Origin: Dimorphilus gyrociliatus
Lineage: Eukaryota; Animalia; Annelida
Direction: 5' to 3'
DNA length: 64,000 nucleotides
Assembly: GCA_904063045.1 (NCBI GenBank)
Contig: CAJFCJ010000024.1
Location: forward strand, 558,001 to 622,000
Under the pieces are notes generated by a model. It worked only from the letters and a program-made list of their open reading frames with translations. It had not been told where the DNA came from and did not search any database. The position numbers and the translations under genes are program-made. Positions 38,648 to 51,500 of this stretch are shown here, one piece after another. Numbering within the stretch: the stretch's first letter is position 1; the number at the start of each line of letters is the position of its first letter.

Positions 38648-39784
38648 TTACACACAAACACTTATCAATCTATTAGTCGAAGTTAAAGAAACTTCACAAA
38701 TCTTTACATCCTTCATAATTGGTTCCAATCTTATTTTGTTATAATTACTACCAACGCATGAGAACGAGCAGTAATATTCATTTCCCTCAATAGAGTAACA
38801 TGGTTCAAATTCATCATAAAAATTAGCAGTTACTTTAACAACGTTATCACACGTTTTGTTTAGAAGAGATAAATATATATTAACATTGATTATTGTTATA
38901 GCTTCAAATAAGATTTCTGATGTAAAGATAACATTACTATTATAAATCATATCTGTTTGACATTTAGTTTCGCCGTCTCCTAAACTTTTTAAAAGTGATT
39001 TATAGCTGTTTGTGGATATAAAATCATGCCATTCCAATTCAATATTGAAAGTTGCTGTTCAAAAGAATTAAAAGTTTGTTATAAATCGCATTTAATCACT
39101 ATGTCTTTTACTGTTACAACCTAAGCATTGTGGCCTAGAATAATGAACAGCTGGTATAATTTCAAAGTAACTAGCTGAAGGCCCATCTGCTGACAATGTA
39201 TGGCAGCTTCGTTCTTCCAAATTCACGTTAACACCAAGACAGTAATCTGTTCTATTACAAATATTTACACATTCTTCTTCAGACTGTATGTCTTTAATAT
39301 TATCAATCAAACAAATGCAGCCAATGACAACTTTTTGGAATCGCTTCCAATTAGAGCATTCTGTAATAATACTTTTAATATATATTTAAAATTCATATAG
39401 AGATTCTTAATACCAGAATGGATAATTTTTGAATAGTAATAAATATCAGCAGCAAAGGACATTCCATTGTCATAAAAAGCATATTTTAAAAGTCCACATT
39501 TTTTGCTTGTACTATTCCAAGTAAAAGAGGCGCATCTCACATGATCTTCACATAATTTCAGACATTCTTCCATAGTTTTACCAAGGTAGAGTTCAAAGTG
39601 TGATAATCCAGGCAATTCGTGTTTATAGCCTTGGTAAAGCTTACAAACTATTTATGATGAAATCGTTAACGTAATCCGATGAATGAGGATTTAAGATTTA
39701 CTTACTATTTTTATCCATAAACAGTTTAAACGGGATACTAATTTGTAAGGCAGTAAATATAAAAAGTGTTAAAACGTTGTTCAT
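38648..39784 (-). CDS. Secreted PAN/apple-PAN/apple-beta-sandwich protein, paralogue A, 4 exons, 319 aa
   Basis: Exons 39784-39706, 39647-39414, 39360-39121, 39054-38648 (960 nt; all phase-1 introns of 53-66 nt). Signal peptide, two PAN cores (EECLKLCEDHVRCASFTWN..KC; EECVNICNRTDYCLGVNVN..SC), and a C-terminal domain with DGETKC...CSFSC...ICEVS. Confidence 0.87.
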
Positions 39785-40093
39785 AGTTCAATTCCGTTAC
39801 TTCTTTTTGATGCATTTAAACAAGGATTATTCTAAATTCGATATTTGAATAATAAAACATAGAGACGACAACTTGATTAATATTTTCTTAAAAGAATTCA
39901 TAAATACTCTATAAATGTTCATATTCAATAATTAAGTGTTTTTTTAATGTTATGACTGAAAAACTGCTAAAATAAAGTAATAGAACATGACATTTACTAC
40001 TACCTCTGTTTATACATTTTTATTTATTAGCCAGTCAATGATTAAAGGTTTGCAGATATTTTAATTTTTTATGTATATAACAACAAACTCTCT

Positions 40094-41245
40094 CTAGTAA
40101 CAAACATTAAAAGAGTGCGTTGAACTGTCTACAGATATCTCACAAAACGTTATACTTTTAACTAAGGGTTTAACTAAAAATTTAGAGAGGTTAGAAACAG
40201 AACAAGAAAATTTGCAAATATTAGAAACTTGCTCTAACAATTGACAACTTTTATAGATTTCATTATTATATGTTCCAACGTCAACAATACTTGTACACGG
40301 TCCTGTTAATGCATTTAAAAACACTTGCACATCAAACTTTACTGGTTTTCTAAAGTATTGAGTAGTGGTGAAAATAACAGTTGGTTGATCAATCGATCCC
40401 AACGAACAAGTTTTCATGCCGTCTCCATAATTTTGTATAAGAGGAAATGGTTTTTCATTTACTGACATTGAATTCCATTGAAGCTCCACTTGAAATGTAG
40501 CTGTTATTAATAAAAAAGACTTCAGTAATGAATTGTTTAGTAAAAGGTTACCATATATTAAATACCTAAGCATAAAGGTTTAATATGAGTTTCAAAGTTT
40601 TTATATGATACGATGGAGGCACCATTACCTATTCCACAAAGAAGATGACAACTCTTTTGCTTGGAATAGTTTACACTAAAGCAGTTCTCCTTTTCTTCGC
40701 ATTTCAATAAACAATTTTCCCTTGTTTCGTTAAAAGATTTCTCTAAAAGACATCTATTATCGAAGACATGATTCTTAAATGTCCTAAAATGGTTACAACC
40801 TATAGCAAAGTGTGTATTTTAATATTACAACTATTTAATTATCAACCAAAACAAACCTTCTTCATAGACTTTAACATAATAGATTGTTCCTGCTTTATTT
40901 CTTAGTTCTGGACCAAGGATAGCTAAATTTTTTGTTACACATTTATTTTGATTAGCTGTAAATTGAAATGAGAAACAACTGTCAGATGCTGTGCATCTAT
41001 TCAAGCATGACTGTAATTTAGATTCGTCAAACGTCTCGTCTGTTTTTTCAAAATTATAAATAGTGTCAGAGTATGCTAAGTAGCTTCTACAATCTAAAGA
41101 CATGTTTAGAAAAAATAGTTAATTATTCTTAATACATTAATTTGAATAACTTACATTCTCTTTTAACAAACATACGAGTTTGTTGAAAATAATAAGGAAT
41201 TATTAAGCTAATAAAGATAATATTAAAACAAATTGTTCTCTTCAT
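40094..41245 (-). CDS. Secreted PAN/apple-PAN/apple-beta-sandwich protein, paralogue B, 4 exons, 322 aa
   Basis: Exons 41245-41155, 41093-40857, 40799-40566, 40500-40094 (969 nt; phase-1 introns). PAN cores QSCLNRCTASDSCFSFQF..KC and ENCLLKCEEKENCFSVNY..SC. The last exon is 407 nt, as in paralogue A, with DGMKTC...CKFSC...FCEIS. Confidence 0.87.
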
Positions 41246-42605
41246 TTTCTGACAAACACGTCTCTAATAGAAAAAACAAGTATTCTTACAACTGATCCGA
41301 TACAGGCAATAGGAATATGAAAATTTAAACACAACCTTATAATTTATATCATATAGTATAATAAATTAATTCTTTTAGTTAAAAAACCTTGTCATGTTTA
41401 CCTTTTTATATTTATATAACTCGAATATTTATAAATTTTGCATGAAAGCAAAAGTTACTTTATAAGATTTTCACCTTTTGTTGCTAAAAGAGAAATATAT
41501 CTAATCAGATAAATGTATATAAAAACTATATCCATTTTTATAATGGTTTTCATGAGCTATCAAAAAATGCTTATACCTTTAAGCATTATTAAGATATTAT
41601 ATATTTTTAAATGTTAACTATAATGAAAAATGTGCTTTTCTTTCTAAATTATAAATATGTAGACAATGAATGAGAAATCTGGATAAAAATCTAATTTAAC
41701 TCACATGATCAATAGTATTAATCATCCAAAGTATATATGTACTTGAAAAACTGCTCTGATTTTATTTTTTTCGTATTTTTATTAAAAAATTTCATGTATA
41801 TTCTAATATAAACTATTATACAGTACATATATACAGTTATAGACATAGTCTTCCGAAAACTTTCTATTTATATTCGCCTTTATTCCCTTCCTATCAATCT
41901 AACTATCTATCTTCCAATCACAATCTATGTTTAAGACGGACTAATGACAGTATTAATTTCTATATATGGACATATTCCAATCTTTTTTTTCAGAGTTAAA
42001 ATAACAAAATTGGAAATAGCTATTTTTTGGATATTTACAAAACCAATTGGTGAGATTTGGATTACTATTTTCCTTTTGTTTTGCATTACAATTTAAAATA
42101 AACCTAAAAAAATTATATATTGACTATTTCCGCCTTATTTAAATAAAATCATTCGATTCTTGTCCTATATATAGTTCGTTTTTCTTTTATATTTCATTTT
42201 AATAAAATATGATAATTTATTCATTTTTAACTGGTTCCTTTTATGTTTAGTTGTTTTGAAAATTGTTTATTAGGCAATTTGAATGCAGAATATACGGAAA
42301 ATTAAAAAGAAATATGAAAAATTAATAAAATGTATTTTAATATAATTTAGTATATTTTATGTATATATAACATTGTATAACATTTGTTATACTTAATATA
42401 TATATATATATATACAGTATACTTATATATCCATATATACTGTAACATGTACAGTGTGTAATGTTAAGTAGAATTGGCGTTGTCTGTTTTCGTTGTTTTT
42501 ATTTATTTATTAATTTTTTGGCTATTTATCTTCTTGCGACACGTCTCTGAGAACTATTGAGCTATATTCCTTTTCTTTTAAATATTCTTCTAAATTACAT
42601 CTCGT

Positions 42606-45600
42606 TTAAAACCTTGAGATGTTTTGCACTTGAGTATGTATCCCGCTGCAAGGCCTTACAGAACCCATAGGATCAACCACCAACTTCGGATCTAATGTAA
42701 AATATGAATGACCGTTTTCATTACCACCGTGTTCACTAGATGGCCCTGTATTATAACCTGCATCTGAGAATTCAAAATGATATTCTCTCTTCTCTCCGGA
42801 AGGTGTCGCCACGTGTCTCAACGACCCAGCGGATCCCCTTGAGCAACGCTTTTTACTACACTCGTTCGGATGTGGCGGAAAGTCCTCAACGCAAGCGTAA
42901 TCGTTCTCCGACTGTGGAATGGGCTTCGGTGTTGCTGGCAGAGCTCTGGTATTCCTCTTTAGACTGGTCGGTCTAGCCCACATCTCTTTTTCCTGTTGAG
43001 CTAGAAGATACCCTGCAATCTGTGCTTTTTTTGCAGTCGCCTTATGTTTTTGCCTGAAATATAAGAAACTAGTTAAAACCATATAGTGTTATCAAAAGAC
43101 ATCGAAATAGGCCAAAATACGTTTTATATTGGTTTAATTCTCCAACAAAGGCCTTAACGGCTGTACTTAAAAAATTAGTAGATTTATCCTACTTATTCGT
43201 CTCCATTTCAGTCTTCTAATCTAATTAATATCGTCATCTGTGGCCCTGTTTTAGAGCTATTTACTATTGTTGGGCCTCTATAAGCAACTATATAAAACAT
43301 ATTGTCTTTTAGAAGGCTAATGGAAATAATTTCAATTCCTATCACTGTTAGAACGATAAAATGCAAAGAAGAGATAAGAAACGCCCATACAATAAAAATT
43401 AAGGAAAGTCGATGGACGTTCTGCTAGATCAATTAAGCGTTCCAGAGAGAGACATTGTGCTTTTTTCGTTTGACATCCTTTTACAATATTATTAAAAGGA
43501 ACTTTTGCCTAATGGTAATTTCCCTTTTCTTTTAATTTTTGTTTTTTTTAATTTATTATTTATGACTTTAGATAGATTCTTTTACACCCAGATAAAGTCT
43601 ACTTACTTCTTCAAGCAAACCATTCCAGTTACTAAAATGGAAACCGAAACAACAATAGCTACTCCAATTATAATTGCAATCCAGAATCCTGTAATATGAA
43701 TTATACAATTTAAAGACATTCAACCCGACTAATAAAGGGAAAAATGAACGCAAATACAATAGAGTAATTATATATAGTATCGCCAGATGGCGTTTAACTA
43801 CCCACCCGTAGGCAAAGACAAATTGCCGATAGCAATTCGCCATATAGAAGACTTTTTGACGGGGACTGCTGGCGGCGAACAATTTCTATCCATTCCAACC
43901 CATTCTGTACCATTGCAAGTCAAATTCCAGACTTCTTGGTGATGAACGTTACATCCTACTTCCATTAAATTCTCACTAACTCTGTGACGCCAACCAAATG
44001 GTTTGTGTGGGAGTTCTGGACATCCTTGAACTATAATTAAAAGTAAAAGAACAAAATTAACTTAATTGCTAAACTTTTATTCTTTTTATCATATCCAGAT
44101 GACCTTATATATTACAGTTTCTCTATGATTTATATCTTTAATGGATGTATTGTATGTAAAATTACTATTATACAATAAGAAAAGAACTGAGCTGTGTAAA
44201 CGTCAAAATCTCGTATAACCTTTTCATTCCTTGATAATTAAATGAATATCAGAAAGAAATCTCGTCTATCTTGATTTCGCTATCTCATAGCAAAAATAGA
44301 CAGATATAACTGAAAGAAAAACTTGTCTATATCCCCGATAATAAAAAAATAAACATCCCTATTTATTTTTGTTTTCTCTATTTAATTTATAATTAACAGT
44401 TGTAACAGTTCTGTGCATTTTCTAATCCTTTAATATTAAATATTGCAATATAGATAAGTATATATAAAAATTCCTTTACGACTAATTATATCGATAAAAA
44501 GCACGGATTAATATATATATTAAATAGAAAGTAATACTTTCTTTTCAAATTTTAATCATCATGAGGGTAAAATATATTTTTTTTTTCAATAGTCCTATAA
44601 TATTTCAATCAGAAGTTTTTTATGTTTGTTAAATAAGCAAAAACACATTAGCTGTAAATATAGATATTGTAGATATTGCACTGGAAGAGGGAAAAATCAC
44701 TGTTGCTGTTACCAATACCTTATATGGTATATACTGTATTTTCTACATGCTATTTTAATATATTAGTGTATAATTCAGGATTTCAATATTTATAAGTATT
44801 CTTTTAACAGAATCTCTTCACCTCTTAACATTTTTGCATGCCTATCTGCCTTTCCTTCTCTCTTTCTCTCTCTTTCTTTCTATCTATCCATCCATCTCTC
44901 ATTTCTCTATACATCTTCGTTTTGCCTTCCCTAGAAAATCCTAACAAGATTTTCCATTTACAACAAAGGAAACGAAGTGAATAAATTGTAAGTAGCTATA
45001 AAATTATTCATCTTTATGCTAATTCATTTCTGTAATTCAATTTTTTCATTAATAAGAGAGTTCACGTTTGTGATAAAACAAGAATTTCTTCTATTAAACC
45101 CGAAAAGCTTCTTCTTTCACTTTCAAAGATAACAAAAATGTTTAGAAAATCTTTAGAGACTGCAAAAACCCTTTCTCCTCTCTATTGTTTTCTAAATAAA
45201 AAGAGTTTATAGGTAAGGATAGAAAAAGAAAGGTAAAAACTTGCAATTGTTTCGAAAAGAAAAGCTCATCCTATCATTTGAATAAAAGGACTTAGTAAAA
45301 GGAATTCTTACAAATATATCCTAATTTCTTTCTTTTGTTCTGGGGGCGGAAAAGGATAGTTTTATCTATTCCCAGTATAAACAAATTGATGAAATAGAAG
45401 AGTAGGAATACAAACCCTCATTGAGATAAACGTTACGCATTATGTAAACTAAAGTGGTGAGGTAAAATAAACGAATAGAAAAGAAATACTAACTTTCGTA
45501 ATGTAGAAGAAATTCACCAGGCCTCTTTCCGTCCGATCCCCTGAGCATCTGCACCTCGACGGAGTAGGAGGAACTCGAATAAATCATCGTGTGCCTAATA

Positions 45601-48569
45601 CTTTGAGCGCAAACTGTCTTATGACGATGTCTGGACGACGCTCTTTCTATTAGGACAGCATAGATTAGGCAAGCGTCCTTCTTCTCTACAGATGCCGGAC
45701 GGTCTATACTGCTTGTATTCGATGCGTCATTGCTAGCGAAATCCGATAGCTTTATTGTTATTGTTTGTCCGGGTTGAGCCTGCGGGTTTGTTTGTTATTT
45801 TTTAGCTGAAGGGGAAGATTTCGATAGGGGGCTTCTGCTATTTCACTAATATTTTTAACCTAGCTTTACATAAATAAATGATAGGAAAGATGGTATGCGT
45901 GATTTCTTACAAACTCTATCTAATATTTATATAAATATATTAGTCATATCTATATATATGTATATATATACAAGACTATAAGCAAAATGCTATAATAATA
46001 TATAATTACTATATGTATATATGTATTTATATATAAATATGTTCTATATGCATATTTTATTAGCCTCAAGTGTTTCCCAACGTCTAGCTCTTTTTAATAA
46101 AACACTTAGACTTGTACAAATAAAGCTATAATTCCATTTTTTTCCCATGCTACACGCACTGACTTTAAGGAGATAACCGTTTTGGATTTTTACCGGAAGT
46201 TTATTCTAAGTGCTAAACAAATCATTTTGTTTTATATAACTATGTTATCTGTACATTTTGGTTAAATCATTCGTTACACATGCAGATTTTATTCACTGAA
46301 TACCCCTTTTTATAATTAATATACCTCCTGGGTCTTAAAACTCTGAAAATGGAATTTGATCCCTTAATGAAATTTTTTTGATTAATTAGAAGGCAAAAGG
46401 TTTTGATTTAAAATATCCTTGAATAAAATTCATTTCCTTTCTATTTAAGAGTTAAATACAAGAGTTTGTATAAAACAACGATTGTGAACTTTCTGTGACT
46501 CTTTTTAGGGCTTCTATGAGCCTTTTATTTAGACCGGCGTCAAAGTTAATTAATGAATTGGCCAGCCATAATTGCCTTCACTTCTCATAGGAATAGAGAA
46601 TCCCTTTTCCTGGGAAAAAGGTACTTCAAAGTCTATATTTTAGCCAAGTCTCTGTGAGATAACTGACTTGTTTCTTTTCGGTCTTTTATCAAAGAAATTT
46701 ATCACGTGATAGAGTTTCTTCGTCTACTTTACAAACGCAATAAATCAATTTTTAAGGAAAGAAAGCAGGTGCCTATTTTCTTTCTTCCCTTCTGATACTG
46801 GAAGTCAATATCTTTAAATTTCTACAATGTCTATAATAATTGTATTTCTTTGTGATAAAATTTAAATAGGAACCCTATTCTTTCATTTTATCCTAAAGTT
46901 ATGAGCAGTTTTTAACGCTACGAGAAATTTATTGATCTAATCGATTGTATAAAATGACTTTTAGTAGGTCTGTACCTATAGAGGTAATATTTAAAAATAT
47001 TCGTTTGCAGCTATCTTCTAAAGAGCTTTACTACGTATTAGACAAAATCAAATATTGTTATTTTATTACAAGTTTTAAACAAAGGAACCTCTCATCTATA
47101 TGGTATCCATTTTCAAAAGTTTCCCTCTCGATGCTTAATCTATATTCTCTTCTTGAAAGAGAACAACGATTTATAACTATAGCTTATAAAAAGAAAATAA
47201 TAATACTTAACTATATATCGTATACAGTATTATAAATAGCTTATACTGCTGGCGGACAATTACAGATAATAAGCATTTATTCGGTACGAATACCTCTGGG
47301 AGAAAAGTACAGAGCCCCTTATGATATGATTACAAAAAATTTTCATAAAGTATAAATATAATCTACTGATATACTTCATTTATAGGTTAAAGTATATATT
47401 AGTATTTTTATAGCCATAAATTACCTATTTTCTGTATTTGAGACCAAACAAAAAATAGGCAATTTATCACCTTGTATTTAAATTAACCTTTATAGTCCAA
47501 GGGCAGTCAGCGGAACCACAATGATGCTGGTCAGCAATATTACTTGACAGTGTACCAGTAGCCTGAGTTAGAGTAAGTTCACGTAGATTGCTACATGGTT
47601 TGCAAGAATTCTGGTTCGTTACAACTGTAAAATGAATTGAAGAAGAAAATTAGAAAAAGAAAAACCAAAAGAGAAGAAGAAAAGAGTTTATAGTCTTGGT
47701 TACTTTCGCTCCATATAATATTTCTATTGTCTAAGCTATCATAAGGTCAATAATTATGTAATATAAACAATCGTTTTGGGTAGTTTATCATCGATATTGG
47801 AAAAAGTCGATTAAACGTATAATATTTTGAGAAAATGATCTATAAGTCAATCAAATAGCGTGTCGATTTATTCGCCTTTTTTTCTCATTTTCTTCAAAGG
47901 ATTGTTCAAGTGTACTTAATGTCTATCTTTTTATATATTTCTTCCTTGAATAAAGAGTTTAACGGTTAAGCCTCAATTTCTTTTTATGGGGATGTCAATC
48001 ATTCGCTTTTTAGTATCTTAATAAAGCCATAATGCTATAATACACAATAAGTTTTCTGCTTTCTTGATAAGCGAACTACCTGATAATTTAATAGGTAGAA
48101 AAAGCTCTCAATTACCCCGTTGAAATTGTAGGAGATCTCTATTTTGCTCTGTCTACCTCTCGTCTCTACTCTTTCCTTTTATACCTTGCTGTATCAAGAG
48201 ATGAGTTAAGTAGACTAACCTGGTAAGCATTCATAATCGGCTTTTAAATAGGTCACAAGATCCATATCCAAACAATTTCCTGTAAAATTTGTTAATTCGT
48301 AACTAAGCAACGAAATTTTACACATTCTTTTTCCAGAACACTGTTGATCCATGTAATTTAGCATGTCTCCATGGCAATTTAGCTGCCTAAAAAAATAATT
48401 ATTTTAAGAAATTAACCTACTTGCAAGGTGACAAAACGTGATACATACCCATATTTCCATTTGATGCAACCTTCCAATCTTCCGTATTTAGCCGATGTCA
48501 TAACAATTACAGCATTCTTGCCACAATCAGCTTCAAATTTGTCTTTATAACAATTTGCATCTCTGGAAT
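42606..48569 (-). CDS. SUEL/Gal-lectin-like + CUB-like + sushi-like single-pass receptor; signal-peptide exon not resolved
   Basis: Exons 48569-48449, 48386-48220, 47624-47488, 45779-45494, 44030-43806, 43688-43607, 43053-42606, all phase-consistent. SUEL (FEADCG..VIVMTSAKYGR..CSGKRMC..YLKADYEC), CUB-like (CPWTIKAQPGQTITIKLSDF..FLLHYE), sushi-like (GCP..GC..WNLTCNGTEWVG..C), TM FWIAIIIGVAIVVSVSILVTGMVCL, tail with Tyr motifs (DYACV, SYFTL). Confidence 0.87.
43780..43793 (+). promoter_or_regulatory. CTCF-like motif (intronic)
   Basis: TCGCCAGATGGCGT inside the 117-nt intron of the SUEL-CUB receptor. Confidence 0.45.
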
Positions 48570-51500
48570 CTATTGAAAAAAAGAGCTATTATTTTCATAA
48601 AAACTTATCCAATTATTACTAAATAGTCATCTTTTTACATCAATTGTTGTTACTCTATTTATTCTAATACAAAATAAAAAAGACAAAGAAATATGCTTTA
48701 GCATTCATTGAATAAGTGAGAAAACTTGGTCGATTTTAGAAAGACGATTGATTGATTTCTTATTTAAATAAATCTATAGGAAACTTAAACCAGAAACTGA
48801 TGTATTATTTCTATTTTGGGAAAATTTTCAACCAAAGTACAATACACCACGCGACTTTAAAAGAAAGACTTATGAATTTTGTATGGAGATCGTGAAAAAG
48901 CTTTTGAAAATCCAACATCTGTTCGAGTATATACCCGTGAAATGAATTGATTGTTTGTCTTTCCCTAACATATACGCTAAAAGCCTAATGGACTATACGA
49001 ACAAAGTAGGAAGACAAACCCTAGATTGATTGTGGACGACGTTCTCCAAAAGGCTCGTGCTAAATAGCATTAAGGCGTTTGTTTACTGCTTAACAAACAA
49101 AGGTTTTTATAGATAGTGGAAGGTTATAATATTTCCTCTTTACAGTTCTTTGTTTTTCTAAAAAGAACAAAAAACAAGCTTGATTCTCTACCTTTTTCAC
49201 GCTCTAATTTACTTTTAACTTTATAAACTAGAAAATACCCTTTCTTCATCTATCTGTCTATGTAGTTCTCATTTATCCTTCTCTTTAGTGAACTATCCAA
49301 CTTATAAAGTAAATATCAACCATATATCACTTTTTTAATGTTAAAGGCAGCTTACCTTAACAATCCCCTTTGGATACAATTTTACAGTTTTAGTTTGGAT
49401 GTTTATTCAATATACAATATATATTTATATATTTAACTTAGGCTATTAGTTAGTATTAATATATCTTTTAGTTCAAGCTGTAAGAAAAACAAACAAAAAA
49501 CCTTATTTTTACTTTTTGGGAAAATTGAAGTATTTCATTGTTTAAAAAGCAAAGGCTTGTAAATATCAGCAGTGGGCCTATAATATGCTAAATGTTTTTC
49601 CAGCTTATAATTCTAAAGGAATCTGGTAAACATTCGCAAAGGGAATATAATTAACTTCAACAACTCGTCTTTTAAAAGAGAAAGAAAGAGAGAGAGAGAG
49701 AAAAAGAAATTTTTACACAAGACGATTCTTACGCTTTATCCTTAACTAAGCCTCTGAGATGCTTTGGCTCTCTTTTCCATCGACCACCAGTTTACTTCCT
49801 TTCCTATTTTTAACTATTGTTCGAAAAAGGGAGAGAAAACTAGGTAATTACCTTAACTTATAACTTATAATTTTGCTTTTATGAAGAGAAAAATAAAGAA
49901 TACGATACATCTCAATCTAGCAGCAAAATATAATATATATCTATCTATATATATCTAGTATATATATATATATTTTCGAATGCTCAATTGAAGAAATTCG
50001 ATTATTCCGCCCGCAACGATCCTCATAATAAGACACCCCATTATCAATTGCAATGATTTTCCCCCTACTTTATAACTTCCTCTTTATATGTATATATTTC
50101 TTTTTATAAACTGGAGTCTGATGATATATATATACATTCCAATTTTATCGTTGTACAATCTCTTATGATTCATCACGAAAACGCTTCAAAACTTTTATTG
50201 ATCATTAAAAAGCGTCATTTTTCGGGTTAACTAAAAGCTTTAAAATGTAAAGTGGAAAAAATTATTAAATTTTTAAATTCCCACCTTTCAAGTACTTTAT
50301 TTATAACCTTAAATACCTATATCTCCTTTATGACTTAGCTTAGATCTTACGTCATTAGAATAGAATATATGTAGTGATGTTTTTCCTAAATAGACATTAT
50401 AAAGAAGCGAAAATATTCTCGAGATTAATAGTTTTTTTGCCTTTATACCTACTCGAAAGAGTCACTTGCTTTAGCGTTATTTTTAGAATCAGAGTACAGA
50501 CTTTTCAGAGAAATTTTTTAGATGGTGTAGATAAATCAATCTTTTACTTTATTTGCATAAATGGGTACGAGAAAGTACTTTTATCTGCTAAAGTGAATAT
50601 ATTAAAGGAGATTGTTAGACAAAATTACTTCTATTTAGATTAACGTTTTCTTAGTTAGACGATGATTTATTAACTCCGAGAAATTTAAAATTAAGAGTGA
50701 AAGTTGCTAATCCTTCCGGGAAAAAAGGCACGTTTTAGTTCTAAATAAGTCAGATTATTGTAAAATCTTATTGCAGTTTTTAGCAGTAGACGACATGCAG
50801 CGTTAAGACGGTTTAATCCTCTTAAAACGACAGTAACACGCCCAGCAATTTCGGTGCTTCGGACACGCCTATGTAGTCTCTTTCCATCGATTTTTTTACA
50901 ACGAACATAAAAGAACCGAACGACAAAGTGCAAATAATGCGCTAATTAATTACGCTCTGCATAATTTGATAATGTCCTACGCCTTTTAATGGATCTTGGT
51001 AATTTCTCCTCTCTTCCTTGTTCCTTAAATCTGTTTTCTTTTCGTTTCCCCTAGTACAAAACCAATACCGGAACAATGCTCTTGGTTTTACACCTTCCTA
51101 TAAATAGCTCCTAATCCCTTTCCTCTCCTATGGATTCTCCAATTAGACCAAACTCTAATAAACCAAAAAATATATTCTATTCCAGTAAGATTAGTTAGTA
51201 AGGAATCAAAGTGAATTGCACTTTAATATGGCATTTCAACGTTCCCTCAAATTCCAACTAGTATAATTTTTGTGCCCATTTTTCTATTCCTCTTTGATAT
51301 ATTATACAAACAAAACCTTATGATTCAGTTATTTAATCACACCTAGTAAAGTGGAAGGCTTTTGACGAAATAATATAACTTATGTTTTTTTCTTATAAAA
51401 ATGATAGTATTATACTGTTGAAAAGGAAACATTACATTATTAATAACTGAAAATCATCTTCAAAGAAGAAACCCTTATTGATTTGGAGGGTAAAGACGAA

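Noticed and set aside
42740-43882. ORFs 42740-42976(+), 43505-43699(+) and 43568-43882(-)
   Set aside because: Antisense or off-frame overlaps with exons of the SUEL-CUB-sushi receptor.
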